DNA of 64,000 bases, taken from Styela clava. Taxonomy: Eukaryota. The DNA is taken from NCBI RefSeq assembly GCF_964204865.1, contig NC_135257.1, forward strand, positions 14,136,001-14,200,000, in the 5' to 3' direction. The notes beneath the pieces are model-generated. The model was given only the letters and a program-made list of their open reading frames with translations, was not told where the DNA came from and made no database searches. A program made the position numbers and the translations under genes. Of this stretch, positions 12,665-32,521 are shown in pieces (the stretch's first letter is position 1; each line of letters opens with the position of its first letter).

Positions 12665-15600
12665 ATGGCTGATTGGGGTTAGATATTGTTCATGCTAATG
12701 TTTCTTTTTATTATTGCCTTACAGTATTACCGCACTGACATGTAAAATTGACTTTAATTATTTAAATAATTTCCTAATCAAACAACTACCGTTAAGATAT
12801 GGTTAAATCATACAAAATTTTTTTTTCTATTTCATCACTTGTTACATGTATGTGAACAAGGATATTTTTTACAATAACAGAAGATGAAGATTTTGAACCT
12901 CCAACTATTGACAAACCCGTTGCGCCAGCTACTGATCTGTGGGAGGGAGAAGATGAAGAGGATGACATCAAAGATAACTGGGATGATGAAGAGGAAGAGA
13001 AAAAGCCAGAAACACCGAATCAAGGTTTAATATAGCTAGGCTTTCAACTTACAAGACCAAGGCTAATGTTGAAATTTCAAAAATATTTTATTTAAAAATA
13101 TTACAAAGAAATAAGTACTGTTTTTTAAGCTGGTAATCTAATTATAGTTTGAAACAATGTTCAAAAGTAGTTAAATAAAAAGTTACAGGATATTCAAAAT
13201 TAAAAATATAGGTTTTTCTCAATTTCTCAAACAGGTTTCCCCCTTTTAGGTTAGAACCCTCGATATTGTAATTGTTTTGCCATTGAGTTCTTTAATATAA
13301 AAGCCTTGTTGATTTATTAATTTTTCAGATTTTGGTTGACTTTGTTTTAAATATCATCATATTGACTAGCGGAAGTTTTATAATATGACCAACAAACATG
13401 CAAAGCAAACTCATTGAATATACAAAGACTCTCTTCGTTGAAGGCACAGTTTATAGAATCCATATCTGAAAATATTATTTTAGAATGATTCAATTAGTTT
13501 TTGCTGTTTCTACTACCAATCAACCAAGACTTTGTTTTGTTTCATTCTTGAATTCTTCCATTTGAAAATATCTATTTACACATTCAATAATTCAAAAAAA
13601 TTATTATCTGAAAAAAAAAAAATATATATTTTGTTTGAGTGATTGAACAATTTTTTCTGTCCAAGTGATTTCAACTGATATCCTCAAAATTTGGATTTGC
13701 TTTCCAGTTTATAGGTTTGATACAAATTATTATTATTGGTGAAATAATTCACTTCATATTTGACTGAAAATTTATATTGAATTCCTGGCCTTGCATGATT
13801 TTTTTTTGTTTCTTCATCAGCTGCAGCTGCAGGAGAACCAAAGAAAAGTACAAAAAAGGCACTGTCTAAGAAACTAAAGGAAAAAGAAGAACAAGCAGCT
13901 AGAGCAGCAGAGGCAAAAAGGCTGGCAGCACTTGCAGAGAAAACGCCAGAAGAAATTATGGCTGACAAGTTGATGGCTCAAAAGTTATCTGAAGAATCTG
14001 ATTTTGAAGTTGCTAAAGATACATTCGGTTGGTTTTTTGATTGATATTTGTTAAACATATGTAGAATAAAGCAAAATAACTGATTTTTTGTCATGAATTT
14101 CTTCAAATAAGTAGCTTTTATATCGAACACTGTCTTACAAAGAAAACTCTAGGAATAGTAATTTGTGATGGCAATTTCATATCGAAGTCAGTTTTATGGT
14201 TATGGTTAATTATGGTTACAATTTGCTTTATTTTTAGGGGAAATCTTTTAGGATGTAAATGGTGATAATGCAGCAACATAAGCGAATGAAGTGTAAAAAA
14301 ATTTTTTTTTCAGGTGTAACGTCTGCTGATTTGATCACAATAGACAATTGTGATCCAAGAACTAAAGAAGATTTCATAAATTTCGAAAAGTTAATTTCAG
14401 AAAAATTCTCAAAATATGAATCGTCTCCGCATTATCAATCCTTCCTTGAAACCTTATTTCGGAATTCTTGCTTAAGTCGTGAGTTGTTTTATTACAGTAT
14501 TTTTAGTCTCATCTATATAATTAATATTTTTTCCCAAAGTTACTGGCAATCCGTCACATAAACCATCGTATTTAAATGAGACTGGGTAGATGTTTATTAA
14601 GGAGCAAACCTTCGGGGGTTCTTCCAAAAATCTGTAACTAGCCTATATTAAAAAGGGTCATCTGTAAATGGACTTTCTATTCGAAATGTCTGTGAAATTT
14701 AGTCGAGCAGATTTGGAAATTGGAAACACTTTGGGAATTTTTCCATATGGATCCTTTTAGATTAATCAGTAATTTGATGAATAATAACTAACATGATAAT
14801 TACTTTAGGGAAACAATAATGGAGACAGCTAGTATGTCCTGACATATTTTTGTTGTCTGACTGATTTTCCTGATCTAAATTGCAATATTTCTAGATAGGA
14901 CTTGTTACAAATAAAGCATCCAGAGCTGCTTAATATTCAATGCATTTCTCATTCATCTGCTTTTCCTTAGTTGATGCCGAATCTTTGAAGAAACTCATAA
15001 GTTCTTTGAATGTTTTACAAAGTGAAAAAGCAAAACAAGAAAGGGTATGTTTTAGATTTTTGACGACTTACAGATTAATTGAAAATATATGTACACACAC
15101 AAAAATTTGTACCTTAATTATGAAAATCATTTTGTATGGTGTTCAGAAATCCTTTCATTCATGGTTTGAGACTGCGTCTTCACCAAGGGATTCTTGCCAT
15201 CATGATAGCAAGCATATTCTCAATGCTAAGCTGAATATGCCACAGTGCAGCCAATTCCCTCACTGTGATCAAATCTGTTATTTCCATTATTACTTATCGA
15301 TTTTAATTGGTAAGAATGTTGATAGGTATCTGTCTGTCTGTTTGTTTGTCTATTAGATGCACGCGATATCTCAGGAAAGCGAGATTGAATCTGCCCCAGT
15401 TTTGCATGTGCATTCATCATATGTCGTACCAGAAGCCTATTGATTTTGGATGAATTATGTAGTATAATTAGCGAGTTATTAATTAATTAGTGTTGGGACA
15501 CAAGGTGTCACTATGGAGTAAGAGCGCTGTTTTGGGGGATCACCTAACTTTTAATCGATAAGTCTTCAATCTCTGACCGATATTCTCGTTTTAATATTGC

Positions 15601-16145
15601 TGCTTATTTACATAAAACCACTTGAGATGTTTGAAGTTTTGCTTTAGGATACCTACATTTTTTGTTCAAATTGCTTTTGAGAATTACAGGAAAGCAGAAT
15701 GGTTATTTTTTTTCAATGTCTTGTTCTGAATATGGTTTCTTGATCAGGTACTTCCTAAGTATGTGAACCAAAATGGCGGACACCGAAACGTAGTATGGGT
15801 ACCAGGTTAGGGTTAGGCCCTTGATCATCTGTCTATTTTTACTGTGCCTGTCCTCCCTGTATAGGTATCATGCCTTTTCATTCTTGCAGCATATTTGTGT
15901 TCTCAGATACCTAAAATATATATATAGTAATATCATAATATAGGATTGGTTTTTCAGAAAAAATCTTCTAACCACAAATTATAGATGACATTGAAATCAT
16001 AACAAAACATTTTTTGTTTATATTGTAGCAAAAGAAGGGTGGCAAAAAGACAAATAAGGCCAAACTCACTGGTGGAACAAAAGGAGGTGGGAAGGATGAA
16101 TTTATTGACTATTCAGCATATGATGAAATGGAAGATTTTATGTGA
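12665..16145 (+). CDS. EIF3J: Eukaryotic translation initiation factor 3 subunit J
   Basis: Exons 12665-12677, 12881-13024, 13821-14027, 14314-14478, 14971-15044, 16029-16145. Motifs MADWEDEDFEP, WEGEDEEDDIKDNWDDEEEE, EESDFEVAKDTFG, YDEMEDFM*. Confidence 0.95.
15287..15592 (-). mobile_element. Helentron/DINE-1-like non-autonomous element
   Basis: Reverse complement of the element at 30014-30258; (CAGA)n microsatellite and terminal hairpin; inserted in an EIF3J intron. Confidence 0.65.
15747..15820. mobile_element. Truncated GG..CC MITE (left arm only)
   Basis: GGTACTTCCTAAGTATGTGAACCAAAATGGCGGAC..GGTTAGGGTTAGGCC matches the left arm of 32522-32757. Confidence 0.65.
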
Positions 16146-18721
16146 CAAAGTTTTAAAACGCAGGAAAAGTTGATACAGCTTGTGGTGTTACAGGAAAAGA
16201 AACTTTATTATATGTATTTATTAGGCTACACCTGGAATCAGATTAGATTTCACCATCACAAAATGTTATTGGTGTCATATTTGGCCATATGAATTATCCC
16301 ATCTTCGCATTATCATAAAAGATTCCTACCCATGGTCCCTTCAAATAAACTATTAATGGAATTTCTTGTAAAATTTGAAACCATCATAAGCATCATTTTG
16401 AAATCTTGAAATAAAAATTAAAAACTGCTTCTCACGCCCAATTACTTCACACAAGAATTCACTATCTTAGACCCTCGCATTTTTATTAATAATGGCATTC
16501 ATGTTTTTGTTGTGGTTGAATTTGAGCAAAGTAGAGTGGCCAATTGTATACTTACTAAAAATCGTATTTTGACTCAACCTAATTATACTATTAGTAGGCA
16601 AAACGTGTATAAAATATTTTGTGATTAAAACAATTGTAGGCAATGTTATATTTACTTATAGTGAAATTTGTATAATATCTGCAGTTGTTGCTCTACTTTT
16701 ATGTTGCAGTTTCTGTTGAAATTGAATCATGATTGTGCCATAATAGCTGCCTTCATGGTACTTGATTAATAACAGAAATTGTTTCTTGGTCCTATGCAGC
16801 GGCAGCAAGCTGCCTGCAATTACTTTGGTTTCAATTTTAATCTGGTGTGCAGGTTGAGCATGAATAATATACAGAATATATTGAGCAAAGAATAGCGTGC
16901 TTCACAGGAGAAATTTGATAAGAAAAAAAGTATTTTAGGTTTTCGTTTAGATTCAATTCCTTATGTTCATTGAAGGATATGATATCTTATACAGTTTACT
17001 TCATATACATAAGTATTGATATCCCATTGCCAAACACATGAAAAATATCATATTTTTTGGTTCAATTCATCTCTTTTATGCTTTATTTTGTTGCATGGAA
17101 CACATTGGTTTATTAGTTGAAACTTTCTAAAAACAGCAATTGTTGGCACTTATTTTGAAAATGAAAAAAATCATGGTATTCTTGCAGGTGAGAAGTCGGA
17201 TATAACCAGAAAAGAAAACTTGTTTTATGTAGTTATCGAGACATTTAAAACTGCATTTCATATTTGGACATCCCATGAACATATTCGTAGGCGTGTTAAA
17301 TTTTTTATCATGAAAAATATTGTTCTTTATACTTCCAATCTAAATTATGACTATTATTGGTGTGAATTTCACTTTAATATTAAGCTATTTCGGTATTTTA
17401 AATATCTCTATTAGACATATCACATAGTGTTATTCCCCAACGTGTTGCTCGTAATATTCATTGGTGAAAAATTTTTTCACTGGCTGGTATGTTCCATTCA
17501 TTCTTGGTACAACAGAGTAGTTTTTTTACTAGTAAATTGATTCGGGAATTTACAACCACTTATGTATGCACATAATGGTACTCAAAATCTATCCGAGATA
17601 TTTTTGATCCGTGCATCTATCCTTATTCTATATTGTTATTAGCTGGATTTCGTACTATCATGAAGTAAAAATGAATTGCATATTGCAGTACACCCAAATT
17701 TGGTAATATCCGATGATTTTAGGATTCAAAATATTTTTCTTTGAAAAATTTATTGTCATAATCTCTCAGACTCTGATGATCAGACATAAAATACACTTCG
17801 TATCCTTTTTGGGCACTGTTAAAATTGAAAAAGGTTTTATTCGCATTACTAAATTCAAGTTCTATAAATATGTAATATCTTAAATCAAAATCTCTGTTGA
17901 ACATGACCAAATTTTTATTATGTAATATATTCAAATATATCCTTTCAGAAAGTATTTGGAACAGATGACAATTTGGTTTAGCCATCCTTGGGTGCTGATA
18001 TCTTGATCGATTATTTGTGCCATCTTATTCAAAAAATTTAAATTCTTCTGGGTTGTTTCTACCATTTAGCATTATTATCATTATTTTGAAGAATCTGTGC
18101 TGAGTAAGGTATTTTGGATTGTTACCTGTGATACTGGACTTGTATAATTTATCAAATTGTTATGTGTTATTGTCTTCAGTGTTCGGCGGTGGCAGTTTGG
18201 CATGCGTGTTCATATTCGTGGTTTTGGAAAGGATTCAAATACAAAATGGAAAAGGAGTTTTATCGTTATATTATTTCGTAATAAACCCTGAATTGAGTGT
18301 CAACAGTTGAAGATGATTAGATTAATAGGTCTAGTTATGTTACTGAATGAAGATATTGCTAGTAAGAATGAATACCAGGTGCTGTTGAATTCAGCGTAAA
18401 AAGGCTGCATTTTTTTCTGGTGATGGACGCCAGGAAAACCCTTGCTTTCGTCAACGCTTGAATTTTTTAAAGCGGTATTTTGTCCTCTATGACTGCAGGA
18501 CGAGTTGCCTCGGCGCATATGTCATAAATAGATCGGGTCGCGTGAGTATGAACAGATGGCGTTGTTTATTTGCTCAATGACTCGACACATCCAATTTAGA
18601 CTAACTGATAAACTTAGGCAACATATATTTACTGTATTTTTTCATAACTGGCTTGCAAATTTGCGAGTCCTGTAGCTGGTTTAGTTTACTTGGGGAGTCG
18701 AACATTATTACAGCTGCAAAT

Positions 18722-24605
<5,884 letters not shown>

Positions 24606-24759
24606 TGATGGATCATGAGAAATTGTTGTTGTTTAATAATTCGCATTTCCCGGTCAAAAATAATTTACATATTATATAATTGATTATAATTCAACTTCAT
24701 TCAGACGAGATGAATAAAATTCAAATAATACACAAAATTTTTAGAAACGAGTTATGACG

Positions 24760-25600
24760 ATTTGGGCGCGGATCTTCCAATTGTCTGCATATCTGAAAAG
24801 CAAAGTATAAAATCTGAAAGTATAAAATTTGAGTTGCTAAATAAAAAGAAAAGATGGTTTATCGTAAGACGCGATATCGTAAGACGAAATCGGATTCGCT
24901 GTTAGCAGTCGCGCTTTTGTTTTCATACCAAGGGGTCTTTTTCCATTTGTCGGAATTGTTCGAAAAACATCACTCAACTCCGCTGTCCAGAGAAATGGTT
25001 TTCTTCATTTAGCTCAGTTTGCGTGGCAATTTACTGTGGAGACGAATGTTCAGACAAATCAACATCAGCCCAAGGAGTTCCTTGAAATACCTTGGACTTA
25101 TTGGTGACATTTGTGTTGAAAGGAAACGATATTGCGCATAGACATGCTCTTTTCAGAAGGAATTTTCAGAATTCTCTGCAGTTGTTTTTTCGCGATCCAC
25201 ACCACGAATGGCTTGGTCGGAATTTAAAAACGCGTATCGATTAAATTTTAGACTTCTATAAACAGCAACGTCCAAAGGTCGGCACACGTGTGTGGTAAGG
25301 GGAACTAATGCCAAAAAAAATACATTTTCTGAATCCTATTCGGCATAAACAGCGTCATGAGGGCCGTTCTTGCATAGTTAACTTAATATGGTTCTTGGCA
25401 TCAACGCCATGTTCCGCGGCATTTACCGCGCATTGTATTGTAACATGCTCGCGAGAAGCTGTCTGTCCCAAATGCGTGTGGCGACGATGACGGATGGAAA
25501 CAATAACTTTCTGGGCTTTTTTTTATTTAGATTGAGCATGAAAGTGATGGGGTAGGCAGAGTTTGCAGGGGTGGCGATAATAGGGGCCTTGACGTTAGTT
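24760..25600 (-). mobile_element. Decayed pogo/Tigger-type (DDE_1) transposase
   Basis: Fragmented minus-strand translation QKVIVSIRHRRHTHLGQTASREHVTIQCAVNAA ... KNGPHDAVY ... TTHVCRPLDVAVYRSLK matches the pogo REHITV..CVNAAG and HTTHxxQPLDVxVFxxLK motifs; multiple stops and frameshifts. Boundaries approximate. Confidence 0.7.
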
Positions 25601-26028
25601 CTTTGATAGCAATTCTGGAGCCTCAAAATTTTTATCAGGGTATAATAACGGAATTGAGTTCAATTTGATTAAGTAATGTTTTACCTCATAGGCCGCGAGC
25701 CGAGGCCATTTATCTTTCAGTTTCGTGGCGCACATAAGGTAACTACCCGAAAATGATTATAAAATGTTCCTTAGAAATTCAGTAACAAATAATGCCTTGT
25801 TCCCATTTCCAAAAGTTGCACGTTTTACGGGAAAAACACTTTTACTACAAAAAATATGTGCTATCATCTGTCCTATATTCTCTGCTCTTCCGGCAACATT
25901 GGCCAATGAACGCAGACTTATGCGTGACGTAACACATAACTTTCAATCAGCTGTTCGCGTGCGGATGAATCTCAGTTTTATTGCTCAGTCTTGTGTTAGG
26001 TTGGGTGCGGTAGCCTTTCCATCGTTTT

Positions 26029-26872
26029 TGGACACGTAGTGGACATAACTATTGTTTCAATATTATGTTGTTCTTGTTGGGCACGTAGTGGACATAACGA
26101 TCGTTTCAATATTATGTTGGTCTTGTTGTTGTTGTTCTTTGACACTTTTTGGACATCTAGTGGAAATTCTAAAAAAAAACGCCTTTCTCTTTCATTACTG
26201 GACCGAATGCTTCGAAATTTTTACTGGTTGAAGATGAAATTTTTCTCCATAAGGCTATTACTTTTATTTATTTCAAATATTTTTGTTAGCTCTGTGAGAT
26301 TTGTTTTTGTTTGCTATGACGTCACCGAACGTTCTACGGACGCATAGCCGACACTCCTCTTCTTTTTGATCACGTGCCATCGAACGTCGATGGTTCGTAA
26401 CGAAGTCCTTACGGTACTTTGCTACGATTTTTTCCTTACGCTGATCGACGGTACGGTAAACCGTACTGTACTGCGAACAGACGTGTCCGTATATTTGGGC
26501 GTAGCTCTCTTGTTCTTGTTATTTGACACAGAATAACACACCTAGTGGAAATATTTAAAAAAAACGCTTTTCTCATCGAATACTGAACCAATTGCTTTGA
26601 AATTTTCAGTGGTTGAAGATAAAATTTTTCCCCAGAAAGCTATTATTTTTATTCATTTTAAAAAATTTTGTTAGCTCTGTGAGATTTGTTCTTGTTTGCT
26701 CTGACGTGATTAATCGTTCTGCGGACATCGGACGCCATTTTGTGTCCTACTGTACTGCTTCGCTTGGTGTGAATATATTTGTAGACTGTGATCTGACGGT
26801 ACGGTAAACCGTACTGTACAGCGAACAGACGTGTCCATATATTTGGGCGTAGCTCTCTTGTTTTAGTTATTA
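26029..26872 (-). mobile_element. Two tandem copies of a Helentron/DINE-like repeat
   Basis: 26150-26340 is similar to 26535-26730, and 26447-26522 to 26796-26870 (..GACGTGTCC.TATATTTGGGCGTAGCTCTCTTGTT). Also a (GTT)n microsatellite and a duplicated CACGTAGTGGACATAAC end. Confidence 0.55.
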
Positions 26873-27857
26873 TTAATTGAGTTATGCTAAGACGGTGTTA
26901 AAAAGTATAAGTAAGGTGTTATACACTCGTATATTCTTACCATGGATAGCAATTTTAGTTGTTAAATAGGCTTTGTAGGGCAACTTCAAGGACTGAAGGA
27001 GGACTAGACCTAGAAAGATATAAAGTTACGGTACAAAGATATTTCCATGCTTGTATGGAAGGTTTAGAATTAATTTAATGACGATTCTTGAGTATTCAGC
27101 AGACCCTTTAATATAGACTACAGTATATTTGATTAAAAAATAATGGCCGTTTGTGTGATGCATGTTTGTAAGAACGAGGGGAAAGTGACCCATTTCACTG
27201 ATAGAGATTCACTATCAAAGTTGAGTTAAATTTCAAGTTAAAACAACTCTAGTCGTTGTCTGTGCGCTCAATGTGTTATATTATTCAATCATACCATATT
27301 TTTCATTTATTTTTAAGAGTGTTAACGTGAGTGTTTTGTTTTTGGCATATAATCAACAGTTTTAGAGAAAAGACCTAAAGATATGTTTATAATCTTGGTT
27401 ACCTACCGGTAGTCTTATGTTCTTTATTATGGCCTGAGTGAAGTGAAATGCACATCCCAGCCTTCTCGCATTCGGCCATATGAGAGACAGTGCTTGTCAT
27501 GTCGCTGCTTCAAAGTCCATGACGAATCTTTTCACACGTGTACCTGAAAAAATTTAAATGCAGTATAGTTTTGATGGCCCTGAAAACATTTTCATAATCA
27601 CACGAAGATAACTAGTTCTTAGATAAGTGGATGAAACTGGGCCGCTGTTATCTTTTAGCCCTTATCTCCGAACTCACACCTATATTATCTGCGTTTTATC
27701 TTATTTATACGAACGCAAGATAGAGACGCAAGAGATACCAAATAAGAAAAAGCTTTCTACTAACATTGAAAAATAGATGAGCAAAATTTGGGTCTCATCG
27801 GAAGAATTGATAAAAGGAATAGGTAAAAAGGCTAAACTCTGTCTATACTCTATAATT

Positions 27858-29259
27858 CAGGGGTCACCAAACTTTTTTTTACCGCGGGCCGGGTATGACT
27901 CAAATTGTGTTGAAAAGGGCCGGATGAATATTTTTGTCAATGCAATACAATAAATTCACAAATGTTGGGAATATCGCAGAATATAGATCAAGAACATCCT
28001 AGGAAAAAAATTAACAAGATTTATATATCTAAACAACTATCCAGAGTTTAGCTGTTATCAAAACGTTGCTGCCATGAATTAGAAATGTTACAAAATCTGC
28101 GGCAAAAAATTTACGCATCACGTCTGCTCGTAAATATATACTACTACGGTCTGCTAAGTACCGTTACGCCGTGTTGAAATACCGCTCATAAAAACGACTA
28201 CCTGCTGTAGCTTGGAATTCTATGAAATTTTGACATAATTTAGATATTATAAACAACTATTATCTGGTATTTGATTTTTTTCATTAGCGCATAAATTTCC
28301 CAACATTCGACGCTTTTAAAAATTACGCTCCAGTTATACGTAGTGCAAATTAATGATATTGTCTATGGACACCAATAAAATTTATGTGGACGTGTGTATT
28401 TCTTTCCTAACTTAATACAATTTTTATGAAGTTCGTACAATCAGAACATCGTTAATTATTACCCACAATGAACCACTGTCAAACTATCATGCACAACTCC
28501 AGCGTTTATTTGCGACGATCTTTCGGCGGTGTCAATGACCGTTGCCAGAAGAAAATTCTGAAATAGTCTCAATATACCATAGATGTGACGCACATCGAAA
28601 GATTAGTGATTGATATGTGTTATTTTTCCATATTTAGTTCAGCTCTTATCAAAAAAGTAATACAATCATTATGGAAAAAATTGGCCTGTCGGGCGGTACT
28701 AAAATTCCGATATCTCTGTTATTTCTTGACCGTTTATTATAAACTTGGTATTGTTTTCTATTTTTACTCAGATCTTTCGACTGGAGCAGTTTTTATTTAA
28801 ATCGGATAAACCTCAATTTTTTGTAACATACCTACATGAATATCCGCATTAAAGCAGTAAAAAAGTTAGTGTGGCTTTTGGAGCAGTACGCGAGGGATTA
28901 CAGTACTGTTAGCACAAAATGCACATTCGACGTTTATTTTAGCACCAAAAACAAACAGTTTCGTCGAAAGCACGCACCACGAGTGTACAAGTGTATCGCA
29001 GAAAACGTTACGTACTGGTAGCATTCAAAAAATCTGTCAGGGTGACAAAAGTGTCTGAGCGGATGCGGAAAGGCCTATTATTACGTCGCTTTTTTGCATC
29101 TTCCGATTGGCCAATGTTACGAAATAAACAAGGAAGACGATGCTCGTGAAAATCTTCCTTGGAAAAAAATTTAGCCATTTTTGCGTGTTATTGAGGACCG
29201 GATAAAATGACGCCGCGGGCCGGATAAAATAACGTCGGGCCGTAGTTTGTTGACCCCTG
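27858..29259. mobile_element. Non-autonomous hAT (Charlie-like) element, 1.4 kb
   Basis: TIR CAGGGGTCACCAAACT / AGTTTGTTGACCCCTG; subterminal CGGGCCG motifs; flanks CTCTATAA(TT)/CTCTATAT (imperfect TSD). Confidence 0.85.
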
Positions 29260-29270
29260 CTCTATATGGA

Positions 29271-29804
29271 AGAAAATAGACATGGTGAGTTAGCCCTCTC
29301 TCTCTCGAACTCGCGATGTCGATCAACAAATATAAAGAAAATAGACATGGCGAGTTAGCCCTCTTTCTCTCGAAGTCGCGATGTCGATCAACAAATATAA
29401 AGAAAATAGACATGGCGAGTTAGCCCTCTCTCTCTCTTTCGAACTCGCGATGTCGATCAACAAATATAAAGAAAATAAACATGGCGAGTTAGCCCTCTCT
29501 CTCTCTCTCTCTCTCGCGATGTCGATCAACAAATATAAAGAAAATAGACATGGTGAGTTAGCCCTCTCTCTCTCTCGAACTCGCGATGTCGATCAACAAA
29601 TATAAAGAAAATAGACATGACGAGTTAGCCCTCTCTCTCTCTCTCTCTCGCGATGTCGATCAACAAATGTAAAGAAAATAGATGATGATAGATTGATGAT
29701 TGATTGAAATAGACATGGCGAGTTAGCCCTCTCTTTCTCGAAGTCGCGATTTCGATCAACAAATATAAAGAAAATAGACATGGCGAGTTAGCTCTCTCTC
29801 TCTT
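29271..29804. repeat. Minisatellite, ~8 units of ~62-68 bp
   Basis: Unit AAAGAAAATAGACATGGCGAGTTAGCC(CT)nCGAACTCGCGATGTCGATCAACAAATAT with a variable (CT)n tract. Confidence 0.95.
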
Positions 29805-30013
29805 GCATCCAATGGCTGTTTAGAATAAAATGAGGCTGCCGGTAGCGAAATAAAACTTTGTAACTAATTAGGTTAGATTGTATACTGTTGATTTAGTGCT
29901 CACACCAGAGCCATTATATAACTAGTCTGGAAGCTCTCTTTTTTATTTTTTTATTGTATTCCATAAAATAAAACAATATTGCAATATAATTGCAATAAAC
30001 AGTATCAATCAAT

Positions 30014-30258
30014 AAACGAGAATATCGGTCGGAGACCGAAGTAATTAGTTAATAACTCGCTAATTATACGACATAATCAACCCAAAATCTATGGGCTTCT
30101 GGTCCGAGGTAAGATGCATGCACATGCAAAATTTGGAGCAGATTCAACCTCGCATTCGCGAGATATCGCGTTCATCTAACAGACACACAGACAGACATAC
30201 ATACATACAGACAAATACCTATCAATATACTTACCGATCTTAAGATCGATAAGTAATA
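30014..30258 (+). mobile_element. Helentron/DINE-1-like non-autonomous element
   Basis: Starts AAACGAGAATATCGGTC; ACAG/ACAT microsatellite; 3' hairpin TACTTACCGATCTTAAGATCGATAAGTA; homologous to 15287-15592. Confidence 0.65.
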
Positions 30259-30900
30259 ATACATCTGGAAGCTCTCGCTTTTTTGCAGGACACCGAGTTG
30301 TTGACAGCGACATCTGGTGTTGGCGTGGGTTTTACACCCCTGTTGTCTGCTGGACAGCCGAATCAGTAATGTGTGATTGTTTTCAGGCCATGTTTACACA
30401 TTTCAAGTTGCGCGAAGTTGGCAAGATATAGAAAACTGAAATAAAAAGGCAAACTATTAATATTAAACTTAAATATAGACTGTATATGCAGAAAAGGTAG
30501 TTTAGAATCCTATCCTAAGCTACTAGTAACTCCGGTGCTGGTAACATTTGTTTTTTAGTTACAGACTAGTTATATAATGGCTCTGCTCACACAATCAATT
30601 AATATGGTGATATATTTAGCATGCTTAGATGTAAATGATAAGTTGAGACATCCTTTGCGTGTCGAGTACCGTACGGTACCGGTGTGCCTTTCGGTACCGG
30701 TCTATGAGCACGCTTCCATGTCACTTTGTTATCCCTTGCACAGTATTCGAACCAAACACATTTAATATATTTATCCTCGCTATTGAAGTTGTAAATGAAA
30801 CCTTTCCATCTATCATTACAAGAAGAGCTTTCGTGCAGTTCAGCAGTTGCTGGTATACGGTACCGGTACCCGTTGTAACCGCCGTCGCATGGCGAGTGGT

Positions 30901-31940
30901 CCATGGCCCAGTCTGGATTTCATGGCCTTTTTGAACGAGAAATCGGGCGTGCAATCAGAAATTCCCGCGTGCAAATAAGAATTCCTGGCGTGCAATTATA
31001 GCTCACGACGTGCAAAACAACTGCACTCGCGTGCAACTGACTTTGACATCAGATACCTCTCAATACATCCGCGTAAAATTACCGGTATCGGATAAAAAAT
31101 ACGTTGAATCAGAGAAAAAATGGACGTTTGACCTTTGACCCCAAACATTATTTCTACAGTTTGTCGCTAATTTTGAGAGTGTTTGTGCGACTTTGGATAC
31201 CGGTACTGTTCAGTACATCCGCGTAAAATTATTGGATAAAAAATACGTTGAACCAGAGCAAAATGGACATACTTTGTCATTAATTTTGGTAGTGTTTTTA
31301 CGTAGAATTAATGGATAAAAAATACGTCAAATTAGAGCAAAATGGACGTTTGACCTTTGACCCCAAACATTATTTTCATACTTTGTCACTAATTTTGGGA
31401 GTGTTTGAGCAACTTTAGATACCGGTACTGTTCAGTACATTCGTGTTAAATTATTGTATGAAAAATACGCTGAATCAGAGCCGTACTTGGCCATTGGTGC
31501 GGAGGCGATCTTTTCGTCCATAACTATTCTCACGGGATTCCTATTTCCTATCATTCAACACGATATGGACCTTCCCCCGAGCATCGACTTCCTTGTTTAC
31601 TTCGTGACATTGGCCAATCAGCAAGATGCAAAAAAGGACGTAACAATGAGAGGAATTTTTCGCGGGTCAAAGGTTGGGGAAAGGTCCATGGTCTTTTTGC
31701 TTCGCAATATTTCGATCAGACCAAATCTTGCAGGCTGGTATTCGTCGACAATTGTGGAGTTATAATATTTTGGCATTTTTATATTACTGGATTATTGATT
31801 TTAAAACCATTTAAACCGATTTACATTGGTGAGCAGTTGCAAATTTTCGGCGTGCAAAATTGATTTCGCTCGCGTGCATTTTTGCGGAGCGCTAGCGCCC
31901 TCGGGCGTGCACCTGCCATGGAATCCAGTCTGGTCCATGG
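30901..31940. mobile_element. Unclassified TIR element with GCGTGCAA subterminal repeats and internal tandem repeats
   Basis: CCATGGCCCAGTCTGGATTTCATGGC at the left versus GCCATGGAATCCAGTCTGGTCCATGG at the right; GCGTGCA clustered at both ends; repeated GATAAAAAATACG..AAATGGACGTTTGACCTTTGACCCC blocks at 31060-31480. Confidence 0.7.
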
Positions 31941-32521
31941 CGAGTTAGCCTCCACCCGTTTCTCTCATACCATCAGACCATTGATGAAGGCTTCATATTA
32001 CAGTATTACTATTCTTTTACATCCATCAGAAAAACAATGTATAACATGGACCTTTCCACGAGCATCGACTTTCTTGTTTACTTCGTGACATTGGCCAATC
32101 AGCAAGATGCAAAAAGTGACGTAACAATGCTCCCCTTTCGCATCCGCTTAGACACTTTTTTCACTTTTTTCACAGATTTTCAAGCGTGGTCGTAAACATT
32201 ACCTCGTTTTCGCAATTTTGAAGTCTATTCGTTAGTTTTCAGTTGTGTTTCGGAAACTTGAATATAAATCAGATAATTTAATGATCACTCTGTCTTCCTA
32301 GTAGTTTAAATTTAATTGCAGTAATAAAAAATTAGTGTAGAAATAGCTATGATAGACTAGGCTAAAATTCTTTACCGGTACTTTAAAGAACAGATTGTTG
32401 TATGCGATGAATCATAATGATGGTTTGAAACACATACCCAATTTTACGATCGCCAACTTGCAATAGCACTCTTAAAATATCCCCGAAAATTTTGCAATGG
32501 TAAAGAAATTATAGAAAAAAA

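Noticed and set aside
14770-14845. C/D-box-like motifs (TGATGA..CTGA) in an EIF3J intron, and similar ones in the TYW3 intron
   Set aside because: No terminal stem or recognisable rRNA antisense guide; expected by chance in AT-rich DNA.
29171-29781. Repetitive ORFs and CRISPR-like periodicity
   Set aside because: Units are contiguous with no unique spacers, in a eukaryotic context with no cas genes; this is a minisatellite.
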